Assembly: GCF_001457615.1 (NCBI RefSeq)
Contig: NZ_LN831024.1
Coordinates: 1,050,001 to 1,082,000 of the forward strand
Direction of reading: 5' to 3'
From: Pseudomonas aeruginosa
GTDB taxonomy: Bacteria; Pseudomonadota; Gammaproteobacteria; Pseudomonadales; Pseudomonadaceae
Length of the DNA stretch: 32,000 nucleotides
The position numbers were made by a program, and so were the translations under genes. Of the stretch, positions 8,056 through 20,698 are shown piece by piece. The notes under the pieces were generated by a model, which saw only the letters and a program-made list of their open reading frames with translations, had not been told where the DNA came from and made no database searches. Every line of letters starts with the position of its first letter. Position 1 is the stretch's first letter.

Positions 8056-9297
8056 CTAGCGCCTGCCGCGCAACCAGGCCAGCGCGCCGAGTCCGGCCAC
8101 GCGCCCGCTGGCGAAGCAGGCGGTCAACAGGTAGCCGCCGGTGGGCGCCTCCCAGTCGAGCATTTCCCCAGCGCAGAACACGCCGGGCAGGCCATCGAGC
8201 ATCAGGTTGCGGTCGAGCGCCTCGAAGCGTACGCCGCCGGCGCTGCTGATCGCTTCGTCCAGCGGACGCGGGCGCAGCAGCGTCAGCGGCAGGCGCTTGA
8301 TCGCCGCCGCCAGGCGGGCCGGCTCGGTATAGGTGGCGGCGGGGGTGAGTTCACGCAGGAGGCCGGCCCGAACCCCATCGATGCCCAACTGGCTGCGCAG
8401 GTGATTGGCCATCGACCTGGAACCGCGCGGGCGAGCCAGGGCTGCCTCGATCTGCTCGCGACGCCTGTTCGGCAACAGGTCCAGCCATACTTCGGCCGAG
8501 CCCCGTGCCTCGATCCGTTCGCGGATGGCGGCGGAGAGGGCATAGACCAGGCTGCCCTCGATACCGTCGCGGGTCACGACGAATTCGCCCTGGCGCGGCG
8601 TTTCGCCCGCCAGTCCCATGGCCACCGGTTTGACCGGAGCGCCGGAGAACTTGTCGCGAAACAGCTCGCTCCAGCCGTCGATCTCGAAACCGCAATTGCT
8701 TGGCCGCAGGGGCTCGACCTCGATGCCACGGGCGCGCAGCAGGGGCACCCAGGCGCCGTCGGAGCCCAGGCGCTGCCAACTGCCGCCACCGAGCGCCAGG
8801 ATCACGGCGTCGGCGCGTATCGACAGGCGCTCGGCGGCGCTCTGGATGTCCAGCGTACCGTCCGCGTTCCAGCCCAGCCAACGGCAGCGGGTGTGGATGA
8901 GCACGCCTTGCTCGCGCAGGCGCTTGAGCCAGGCACGGAGCAACGGCGCGGCCTTCATGTCGGAGGGGAACACCCGGCCGGAACTGCCGACGAAGGTGTC
9001 GATACCCAGGCCGTGGATCCAGGCGCGCAACGCATCCGCGTCGAATTCGCCGAGCAGTGCGGCGATTTCCTTCTGGCGCCTGCCATAGCGGCCGAGGAAT
9101 TGTTCCCTGGCCTCGGCATGGGTGATGTTCATGCCGCCGACGCCCGCGAGGAGGAATTTCCGGCCGACCGAGGGCATGGCGTCGAACACTTCCGTGCGTA
9201 CGCCCGCCTGGCTCAGGACCTCCGCGGCCATCAGGCCTGCGGGACCGCCGCCGACGATGGCGACCTGGGGGGAAGGGGAGGATGCTTGACTGGGCAT
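8056..9297 (-). CDS. HI0933/BaiN-like FAD-dependent flavoprotein (NAD(FAD)-utilizing dehydrogenase family)
   Basis: Track ORF 8056..9378(-). Start placed at ATG 9295-9297 (MPSQASSPSPQVAIVGGGPAGLMAAE, an N-terminal GxGxxG dinucleotide fold). C-terminal block: GEMLDWEAPTGGYLLTACFASG. Confidence 0.85.
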   Translation of the reverse strand: MPSQASSPSPQVAIVGGGPAGLMAAEVLSQAGVRTEVFDAMPSVGRKFLLAGVGGMNITHAEAREQFLGRYGRRQKEIAALLGEFDADALRAWIHGLGIDTFVGSSGRVFPSDMKAAPLLRAWLKRLREQGVLIHTRCRWLGWNADGTLDIQSAAERLSIRADAVILALGGGSWQRLGSDGAWVPLLRARGIEVEPLRPSNCGFEIDGWSELFRDKFSGAPVKPVAMGLAGETPRQGEFVVTRDGIEGSLVYALSAAIRERIEARGSAEVWLDLLPNRRREQIEAALARPRGSRSMANHLRSQLGIDGVRAGLLRELTPAATYTEPARLAAAIKRLPLTLLRPRPLDEAISSAGGVRFEALDRNLMLDGLPGVFCAGEMLDWEAPTGGYLLTACFASGRVAGLGALAWLRGRR

Positions 9298-9590
9298 GTG
9301 GACGACGAGCGAGACCTGGGGAAACCGGCGTGCAGTGTAACCGAGGCGAAGACCGCCTCCGAGCCTTGTCGATGCCACCTGGTCCGCTCGCCGTGCGCCT
9401 GGTCAGGAACTGATCAACCGTCGCAAGGCCAGGCACGATGCGCTGCGCGAAGCGTTTTTCGCACCTTATCCACAGGCGGTTCCACACGCTTTGTGGAAAT
9501 CCGCCGACGCTCGTCGCGTGGCAGGAACGGCTTCCGGTCGCGCTTGCCCGAAGGTGCGCTAGGCCTTGGCTTCGACAGCCAAGCGCCAGG

Positions 9591-10220
9591 TCAGTGGATC
9601 AGCGAATTGCGCTTGGCGAACTCTGCGAGGTCGACCAGCGAACCCAGGCCGAGCTTCTGCAGCAGGCGGGTCTTGTAGGTGCTGACGGTCTTGTTGCTGA
9701 GGAACAGCTTCTCGCCGATGGCCTTGTTCGAATAGCCCATGGCGAGATGCTGGAGGACGATCATCTCGCGGTCGGAGAGCAGGCCGATAAGCTCGCTTTC
9801 GGAAATGCGTTCCGGCGGGGTGCCGAGGGTATCGAACGTGAGCGAAGGAAAGAACGTGTAGCCAGCGGTCACCGCGTTCAGGGCGTTGATCAGGTTGTTC
9901 AGGTCTTCTTCCTTGTTGACGAACCCACGGGCACCGACCTGGATGCAGCGCTTGCAGAACGCCTCTGCGGATTGCGAAGTGAGTACCAGCACCTGGCTGC
10001 GCAGTCCCAGGGACTTGATCCGCGAGATCACGGTCAGGCCATCGAGTTTGGGAATGCCGATGTCGAGAATCACCACGTCCGGTTCGTGCTCCCGGACCAA
10101 CTGGATGGCATCCACGCCATTGTCCGTCTCGGCGACCACCTGCAGACCATGCTTTTCCAGCAGGACGCGCACGGCGAGACGGATGACGGGGTGGTCGTCG
10201 ACGATCAGGACGGTATGCAT
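9591..10220 (-). CDS. rocA1: NarL/FixJ-type response regulator RocA1 (receiver + LuxR-type HTH)
   Basis: Track ORF 9591..10220(-). Receiver motifs are VLIVDDHPV and DVVILDIGIPKLDG. The C-terminal HTH reads LSDREMIVLQHLAMGYSNKAIGEKLFLSNKTVSTYKTRLLQKLG. The gene is divergent from rocR-rocS1, as in the published Roc/Sad locus (memory). Confidence 0.88.
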   Translation of the reverse strand: MHTVLIVDDHPVIRLAVRVLLEKHGLQVVAETDNGVDAIQLVREHEPDVVILDIGIPKLDGLTVISRIKSLGLRSQVLVLTSQSAEAFCKRCIQVGARGFVNKEEDLNNLINALNAVTAGYTFFPSLTFDTLGTPPERISESELIGLLSDREMIVLQHLAMGYSNKAIGEKLFLSNKTVSTYKTRLLQKLGLGSLVDLAEFAKRNSLIH

Positions 10221-10222
10221 AA

Positions 10223-10267
10223 ATTCGATTTACCTTGAGGGACCGGGACAGGGTCGGGATTCGATTT
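10223..10267. repeat. 9-bp direct repeat ATTCGATTT x2 (period 36 bp) in the rocA1/rocR divergent region
   Basis: Copies at 10223-10231 and 10259-10267, read directly from the sequence. Function unknown. Confidence 0.6.
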
Positions 10268-10501
10268 CCCGGGCGCTGCCGCCGGTGGTCATCCATGTTG
10301 GGCGCTAGGCCGAGATCGCCGTCCAGAATAGCCTGTTAAGGCGGGGCGACTCGGTTTTTCATGTGGAACCATGCTAATCCAACCGAACCTCCAAATCAGT
10401 AGGAAAATTCCCACAAAACATGGGGACTTGTCCCATAGGTCTAGTAAGGGAAACACAGCAGTATATCGCCGGTATTTCCTGGAAACCCTGTGTGGACCGT
10501 G

Positions 10502-11680
10502 ATGAATGATTTGAATGTTCTGGTGTTGGAGGATGAGCCTTTTCAGCGCCTGGTAGCCGTCACAGCCCTGAAGAAAGTGGTGCCCGGATCGATCCTCGAG
10601 GCGGCGGACGGCAAGGAGGCGGTGGCGATCCTGGAGTCCTGCGGACACGTCGACATCGCCATCTGCGACCTGCAGATGAGCGGCATGGACGGCCTGGCGT
10701 TCCTTCGCCACGCAAGCCTGAGCGGCAAGGTCCATTCGGTGATCCTCAGCAGCGAGGTGGATCCCATCCTGCGCCAGGCCACCATTTCGATGATCGAGTG
10801 CCTGGGCCTCAATTTTCTCGGCGACCTCGGCAAGCCATTCAGCCTGGAGCGGATCACCGCCCTGTTGACCCGCTACAACGCTCGTCGCCAGGACCTGCCG
10901 CGACAGATCGAAGTCGCCGAGCTGCCCTCCGTGGCGGACGTGGTGCGCGGCCTCGACAACGGCGAGTTCGAAGCCTACTACCAGCCCAAGGTGGCCCTGG
11001 ATGGCGGCGGCCTGATCGGCGCCGAGGTCCTGGCACGCTGGAACCACCCGCATCTCGGCGTATTGCCGCCGTCGCATTTCCTCTATGTGATGGAAACCTA
11101 CAACCTGGTCGACAAGCTGTTCTGGCAACTGTTCAGCCAGGGGCTGGCGACGCGCAGGAAGCTGGCGCAGTTGGGGCAGCCGATCAACCTGGCGTTCAAC
11201 GTCCATCCTTCGCAACTGGGTTCGCGTGCCCTGGCCGAGAACATCTCGGCGTTGCTGACCGAGTTCCACCTGCCGCCCAGTTCGGTGATGTTCGAGATCA
11301 CCGAGACCGGGTTGATCAGCGCTCCTGCCAGCAGCCTGGAGAACCTCGTGCGTCTGCGGATCATGGGCTGCGGCCTGGCGATGGACGATTTCGGCGCCGG
11401 CTATTCGTCCCTCGACCGGCTCTGCGAGTTTCCCTTCAGCCAGATCAAGCTGGACAGAACCTTCGTCCAGAAGATGAAGACCCAGCCCAGGAGTTGCGCC
11501 GTCATCAGCAGTGTCGTGGCGTTGGCGCAGGCGCTGGGAATTTCCCTGGTGGTGGAAGGGGTGGAGAGCGACGAACAACGGGTACGCCTGATCGAACTCG
11601 GTTGCTCCATAGCCCAGGGCTACCTGTTCGCCCGGCCGATGCCGGAACAGCACTTTCTCGACTATTGCTCCGGATCCTGA
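10502..11680 (+). CDS. rocR: RocR: response-regulator receiver fused to an EAL c-di-GMP phosphodiesterase domain
   Basis: Track ORF 10490..11680(+). ATG 10502 is preferred (MNDLNVLVLEDEPFQR). Receiver motif: DIAICDLQMSGMDG. EAL-domain blocks: YYQPKV, GAEVLARW (EVL variant of EAL), DDFGAGYSS, EGVES. Confidence 0.9.
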   Translation: MNDLNVLVLEDEPFQRLVAVTALKKVVPGSILEAADGKEAVAILESCGHVDIAICDLQMSGMDGLAFLRHASLSGKVHSVILSSEVDPILRQATISMIECLGLNFLGDLGKPFSLERITALLTRYNARRQDLPRQIEVAELPSVADVVRGLDNGEFEAYYQPKVALDGGGLIGAEVLARWNHPHLGVLPPSHFLYVMETYNLVDKLFWQLFSQGLATRRKLAQLGQPINLAFNVHPSQLGSRALAENISALLTEFHLPPSSVMFEITETGLISAPASSLENLVRLRIMGCGLAMDDFGAGYSSLDRLCEFPFSQIKLDRTFVQKMKTQPRSCAVISSVVALAQALGISLVVEGVESDEQRVRLIELGCSIAQGYLFARPMPEQHFLDYCSGS

Positions 11681-11781
11681 CGCCGCCGCCCTGGCCTCGG
11701 CTGCCTCTAGCCGAACGCCGGGCCTCGCGCCGGACGCGTTTCCTTTCCATACAACTGCCGGCCCTGCCGCACAGACCTTTC

Positions 11782-15420
<3,639 letters not shown>

Positions 15421-15450
15421 CGTGGCCCGCGCCCGTTGCCCGGGCGGTAA

Positions 15451-16830
<1,380 letters not shown>

Positions 16831-16832
16831 AC

Positions 16833-18428
16833 ATGGGCGACGGCGGCGGCGAGGTGCTCTCCTACCATCGCCTCAGCATGCATCGCCCGGAGCGCTACGC
16901 ACCCGGTCCCGGCGGACTGGACTGGGCGACCCAGCCGGCGCCGTTCCGCCAGTACCGGGGCTGCCGGCAAATCGAACTGCTGCATCGGCCGCTGGAGGAG
17001 TCGCCACCCTACGACGGGGTGTTTTCCGGGCCGGCGGCCGCGCCCTCTCGGCTCGATCGCCGCAGCCTCTCGCAGATGCTCTACGACGGATTGGCGCTGT
17101 CGGCCTGGAAGGAGGCCGGCGGCACTCGCTGGGCGCTGCGGGTCAATCCGTCGAGCGGCAACCTGCATCCCACCGAAGCCTACCTGCTGCTTCCCGGCGG
17201 TACCCTGGAGCCGGCGCCGCTGCTCGCCCACTACCGTCCCGACAAGCATGCCCTGGAGGTGCGCGGCGAACTGCCGGCGCCGCTGGCTTCGCTGCTGGAT
17301 GACTGCTTGCCGCCCGGCGGCTGCCTCCTGGCATTGACCAGCGTGCCCTGGCGCGAGGCCTGGAAATACGGTGAGCGAGCCTATCGCTACTGCCAGCATG
17401 ACCTCGGCCACGCGCTGGCCTGCCTCTCGATCGCCGCGGCGATCCAGGGCTGGGAGATGCGCCTGCTGCGCGGCGTCGCCGAAAGCGCACTGGACGGCCT
17501 GTTCGGCCTTGACCGGGACGGCTTCGCCGAGTGCGAGAGCGTCGACGCACTGTTCTGGATCGGGCCGGCGCTCACGCAGGAGCCTTCCCTTTCGCCGCGC
17601 CTGTGCGAAGGACTGGCGGCCCTGCCGTTGGCCGGCGCGCCGAACCGGCTGTCGCGGGAGTACCGGGACTGGCCGGAGTTGCAGCGGATACATGGGCTAT
17701 GTCGGGCGCCGCGCCTGCCGGCACGCCCGTGGAGGGTCGCACCGGGCGAGCCCGGCAACGACAACCCCGGCCTGCCGCTGCGACCGCTGCTGCATCGGCG
17801 GCGTAGCGCGCAGCGCATGGACGGGCGCGCCGGCATCGATGTCGGGCTGCTGCGGGCCTGGCTGCGCAGGCTGCTGCCGGAGCGCTCGCCGGTGCCTTTC
17901 GCGGTCACCGGCGAGGCCGCGCGGGTCGATCTGCTGCTGTTCGTCCATCGCGTCCGGGGCCTGGTGCCGGGGTTGTACTGGCTGGACCGCAGCGGCCTGC
18001 GGCGGCCGCCGATGCGCGAGGACTTCCTCTGGCAGCACGTCGATCCGGAGTTGCCGCTGTACCTGTTGCAGGAAGGCGATGCACGCGCGCTGTCGGCGTA
18101 TCTCTCCTGCCAGCAGGACATCGCCGGCGACGGCTGCGTCGCGCTCGCCATGCTCGCCCATCTCGGCGCGGCGCTCGAAGAAGGTCCCTGGTGCTATCCG
18201 CGGCTGTACTGGGAATGCGGGCAGGTCGGCCAGTTGCTCTACCTCGAGGCGGAGGCCGCCGGGCTGTCTGGGACGGGTATCGGCTGCTACTACGACCCCC
18301 TGGTGCATGAGCTGCTTGGACTAACGGATGAGTCCATGGCCAGTCTCTACCATTTCACCCTCGGCCGCGCGGTGTGGGACACTCGTCTTTGCAACATGCC
18401 CGCGTACCCGGCCATGCGCCGCGACTAG
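16833..18428 (+). CDS. SagB-type dehydrogenase / nitroreductase-superfamily protein (two-lobed, stand-alone)
   Basis: In-frame ATG 16833 within track ORF 16353..18428, 2 nt after the GNAT stop, with GGAG 8 nt upstream. SagB-type signature as I recall it: YHRLSMHRPERY..LDWATQPAPFRQY, RVNPSSGNLHPTEAYLL. C-terminal lobe: YWECGQVGQLLYLEAEAAGLSGTGIGCYYD. Confidence 0.78.
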   Translation: MGDGGGEVLSYHRLSMHRPERYAPGPGGLDWATQPAPFRQYRGCRQIELLHRPLEESPPYDGVFSGPAAAPSRLDRRSLSQMLYDGLALSAWKEAGGTRWALRVNPSSGNLHPTEAYLLLPGGTLEPAPLLAHYRPDKHALEVRGELPAPLASLLDDCLPPGGCLLALTSVPWREAWKYGERAYRYCQHDLGHALACLSIAAAIQGWEMRLLRGVAESALDGLFGLDRDGFAECESVDALFWIGPALTQEPSLSPRLCEGLAALPLAGAPNRLSREYRDWPELQRIHGLCRAPRLPARPWRVAPGEPGNDNPGLPLRPLLHRRRSAQRMDGRAGIDVGLLRAWLRRLLPERSPVPFAVTGEAARVDLLLFVHRVRGLVPGLYWLDRSGLRRPPMREDFLWQHVDPELPLYLLQEGDARALSAYLSCQQDIAGDGCVALAMLAHLGAALEEGPWCYPRLYWECGQVGQLLYLEAEAAGLSGTGIGCYYDPLVHELLGLTDESMASLYHFTLGRAVWDTRLCNMPAYPAMRRD

Positions 18429-18461
18429 CCCGTCGACAGCCCGAATTCGAGGAAACACCCC

Positions 18462-19331
18462 ATGACCCAGATACTGGACAACCTGGTGGCTTTGCTGAGC
18501 CTGGAACCCATCGAGGAGAACCTGTTCCGGGGCATGAGCCAGGATCTCGGCTTCCGCCAGCTCTATGGCGGCCAGGTCCTGGGGCAGGCGCTGTCGGCGG
18601 CCAGCCAGACGGTGGAGGACGATCGCCACGTACACTCCATGCACGGCTACTTCCTGCGTCCCGGCGACGCCAGCATGCCGGTGGTCTACCAGGTGGACCG
18701 GGTGCGCGACGGCGGCAGCTTCAGCACCCGCCGGGTCACCGCGATCCAGAAAGGCCAGCCGATCTTCACCCTGAGCAGCTCCTTCCAGTACGACGAGGAA
18801 GGTTTCCACCACCAGATCGAGATGCCCGAGGTGGTTGGTCCGGATAATCTGCCTTCGGAACTGGAGCTGACCCGCCAGCGCGCCGAGCGGATTCCCGAGC
18901 GCATCCGCGACAAGCTGCTGTATCCGAAGCCCATCGAGATTCGTCCGGTCACCCAGCACGACCCCTACGACCCGCAGCCCGACGAACCGGTGAAGTACCT
19001 CTGGTTCCGTGCCGACGGCAAGCTGCCGGACGTCCCGGCGCTGCACAAGTACCTGCTGGCCTACGCCTCGGACTTCGGTTTCCTTACCACCTCGATGCAG
19101 CCCCATGCCGTTTCGGTGTGGCAGAAGACCATGCAGGTCGCCAGCCTCGACCACGCCCTGTGGTTCCACCGCGACCTGCGCGCGGACGAGTGGCTGCTCT
19201 ACGCCATCGACAGCCCCTGGGCCGGCAACGCACGCGGTTTCGTGCGCGGCAGCATCTTCAACCAGAGCGGCCAGCTGGTCGCCTCGTCGAGCCAGGAAGG
19301 CCTGATCCGCAAGCGTGAGGACTGGGCGTGA
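18462..19331 (+). CDS. tesB: Acyl-CoA thioesterase II
   Basis: Track ORF 18462..19331(+), with GAGGAA upstream. The protein looks like TesB along its full length: LEPIEENLFRG, LYGGQVLGQAL, HSMHGYFLRPGD, DGGSFSTRRV, and a double hot-dog layout. Confidence 0.92.
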   Translation: MTQILDNLVALLSLEPIEENLFRGMSQDLGFRQLYGGQVLGQALSAASQTVEDDRHVHSMHGYFLRPGDASMPVVYQVDRVRDGGSFSTRRVTAIQKGQPIFTLSSSFQYDEEGFHHQIEMPEVVGPDNLPSELELTRQRAERIPERIRDKLLYPKPIEIRPVTQHDPYDPQPDEPVKYLWFRADGKLPDVPALHKYLLAYASDFGFLTTSMQPHAVSVWQKTMQVASLDHALWFHRDLRADEWLLYAIDSPWAGNARGFVRGSIFNQSGQLVASSSQEGLIRKREDWA

Positions 19332-19924
19332 GGCTGGCCGACATCCGCCACTGGGTGTTCGACATGGACGGCACCCTGACCCGGGCCGTGCACGACTTCC
19401 CGGCGATCCGCCGAGCGCTGGACATCCCCGAGCAGGACGACATCCTGCTGCACCTCGCCGCCCTGCCCGAGGCCGAGGCGGCGGCCAAGCACGCCTGGCT
19501 GCTCGAACACGAGCGCGCCCTGGCCGAGGCCGCGCGGCCGGCGCCGGGCGCACTGGAACTGGTGCGCGAGTTGCAGCGGCGCGGCGTGCGCCTGGGCATC
19601 CTGACCCGCAACGACCACCAGTTGGCGCTGATCACCCTCGAAGCGATCGGCCTGGGCGGCTGCTTCCCCACCGAGCACATCCTCGGGCGCGGCGAGGCGC
19701 GGCCCAAGCCGGACCCTGATGGCTTGCTGCGCATCGCCCGACGCTGGAACGTGACGCCGGCGGAGCTGGTGATGGTCGGCGACTACCGTTTCGACCTCGA
19801 CTGCGGACGCGCCGCGGGTAGTCGCACGGTGCTGGTCAACCTGCCGGAAAACCCCTGGCCGGAGCTGGCCGACTGGCACGCTGCCGATTGCCATGCGTTG
19901 CTCGAGCAACTGCAAACGCCGTAG
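19328..19924 (+). CDS. HAD-superfamily (subfamily IA-like) phosphatase/hydrolase
   Basis: GTG start at 19328 overlaps the tesB stop (GTGA). HAD motifs: I FDMDGTLT, II ILTRN, III KPDP, IV VGDYRFDLDCGRAAG. Confidence 0.85.
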   Translation: MRLADIRHWVFDMDGTLTRAVHDFPAIRRALDIPEQDDILLHLAALPEAEAAAKHAWLLEHERALAEAARPAPGALELVRELQRRGVRLGILTRNDHQLALITLEAIGLGGCFPTEHILGRGEARPKPDPDGLLRIARRWNVTPAELVMVGDYRFDLDCGRAAGSRTVLVNLPENPWPELADWHAADCHALLEQLQTP

Positions 19925-19977
19925 GAATATCCGGCGGAAAACCTCGAGGGCGGCAGCGCCAGCGGCTCCCCGAAAAC

Positions 19978-20016
19978 GAAAAAAGCGCAGGAGGCCAGGC
20001 TCCTGCGCTTTTTTCC
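19978..20016. terminator. Bidirectional rho-independent terminator between the HAD gene (+) and the HU gene (-)
   Basis: GCGCAGGAG (19985-19993) pairs with CTCCTGCGC (20000-20008) around a 6-nt loop. It is flanked by an A-run (19979-19984) and a T-run (20009-20014). Confidence 0.85.
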
Positions 20017-20047
20017 TGCGCATCCGTGCGGGATGCGGCGGCCGTTA

Positions 20048-20329
20048 TCAGCCGTTGATCGCGTCGGTCAGCGCCTTGGCCGGAACGAACTTGGCTACAC
20101 GCTTGGCAGCGATCTCGATCGCCTTGCCGGTCTGCGGGTTGCGGCCGGTGCGCGCGGGACGCTCGGAGACCTTCAGCTTGCCGATACCCGGCAGGGTGAT
20201 TTCGCCATCGTTCTCCAGGGCGTCCTTGACGATCTCGGCGAGCTGGTCGAGCGCGCTGCGAACGGTGGTCTTCTGCGCGTCGATGGCTTCGGCGATGTCC
20301 TGGATCAGTTGGTCTTTGGTCAGTGCCAT
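20048..20329 (-). CDS. HU-family nucleoid-associated DNA-binding protein (additional HU paralogue)
   Basis: Track ORF 20048..20374(-). Start placed at ATG 20327-20329 after AAGGAG. The sequence MALTKDQLIQDIAE...GIGKLKVSERPARTGRNPQTGKAIEIAAKRVAKFVPAKALTDAING shows the classic HU/IHF fold and is 93 aa long. Confidence 0.9.
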   Translation of the reverse strand: MALTKDQLIQDIAEAIDAQKTTVRSALDQLAEIVKDALENDGEITLPGIGKLKVSERPARTGRNPQTGKAIEIAAKRVAKFVPAKALTDAING

Positions 20330-20587
20330 GGTGGTGTAGCTCCTTGGTAAAAGACTGCGCGAGGGGCCTCGCACAGAAACGGGCGTGATTTTAAACAGCT
20401 TGGCGCGAATAAGGTTCCCTTTTCTCCGCTTATTTGTTTCCTCGCACGACGCGCATGACAGAGCCGTTACAGAGGTTTTCGCGGCTGTCCGGAATGATGC
20501 CGGCGTCGGTTGCCCGACGCATCCTCATGGTTCTGCCAGGGGCGCATGCCTCCGGTTCTTAGTTAAGGATTATTGGTTATTTATAGG

Positions 20588-20610
20588 TTAGGGTTTCATC
20601 CATTAGGGTT
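20588..20610. repeat. Direct repeat TTAGGGTT x2 (period 15 bp) inside an AT-rich island; GGTTA occurs 3 times
   Basis: TTAGGGTT at 20588-20595 and 20603-20610. GGTTA at 20575, 20586 and 20607 (spacings 11 and 21 bp). Read directly from the sequence; function unknown. Confidence 0.6.
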
Positions 20611-20698
20611 ATAAGCAGGACATCCCGTCCCTTTCCATCACCGGAGCCTGCTTACCTCGCGCCAACGCCTGGCCCTCGCTCCCCGTTCGAGGTGCCGC

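Noticed and set aside
8036-8064. AGGCGCT/AGCGCCT hairpin spanning the convergent rhlE and flavoprotein stop codons, considered as a bidirectional terminator.
   Set aside because: It has a 7-bp stem, a 15-nt loop and no U-tract on either strand. Support is too weak to call it a feature.
10798-11781. 5' extension of the rocS1 ORF (track gives 1540 aa) overlapping rocR. There are similar upstream extensions of the GNAT2 ORF (15484..16221), the SagB-type ORF (16353..16832) and the isochorismatase ORF (5222..5830).
   Set aside because: The extensions overlap the preceding well-supported genes in another frame and translate to low-complexity sequence. Internal ATGs with RBS-like sequences give proteins with sensible N-termini (signal/TM segment or conserved family start).
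20385-20591. 68-aa ORF (GTG start) in the HU/ACAD-like intergenic region.
   Set aside because: Its codon usage is strongly atypical for this genome, with many A/T-ending codons (tta, ata, aat, gat, ttt). It has no RBS and it runs through the AT-rich repeat island. It is more likely non-coding regulatory DNA or RNA.
20588-20610. TTAGGG-containing repeats resembling eukaryotic telomeric hexamers.
   Set aside because: There are only two copies, embedded in a bacterial promoter region, so the resemblance is coincidental. I kept them only as a possible protein-binding direct repeat.
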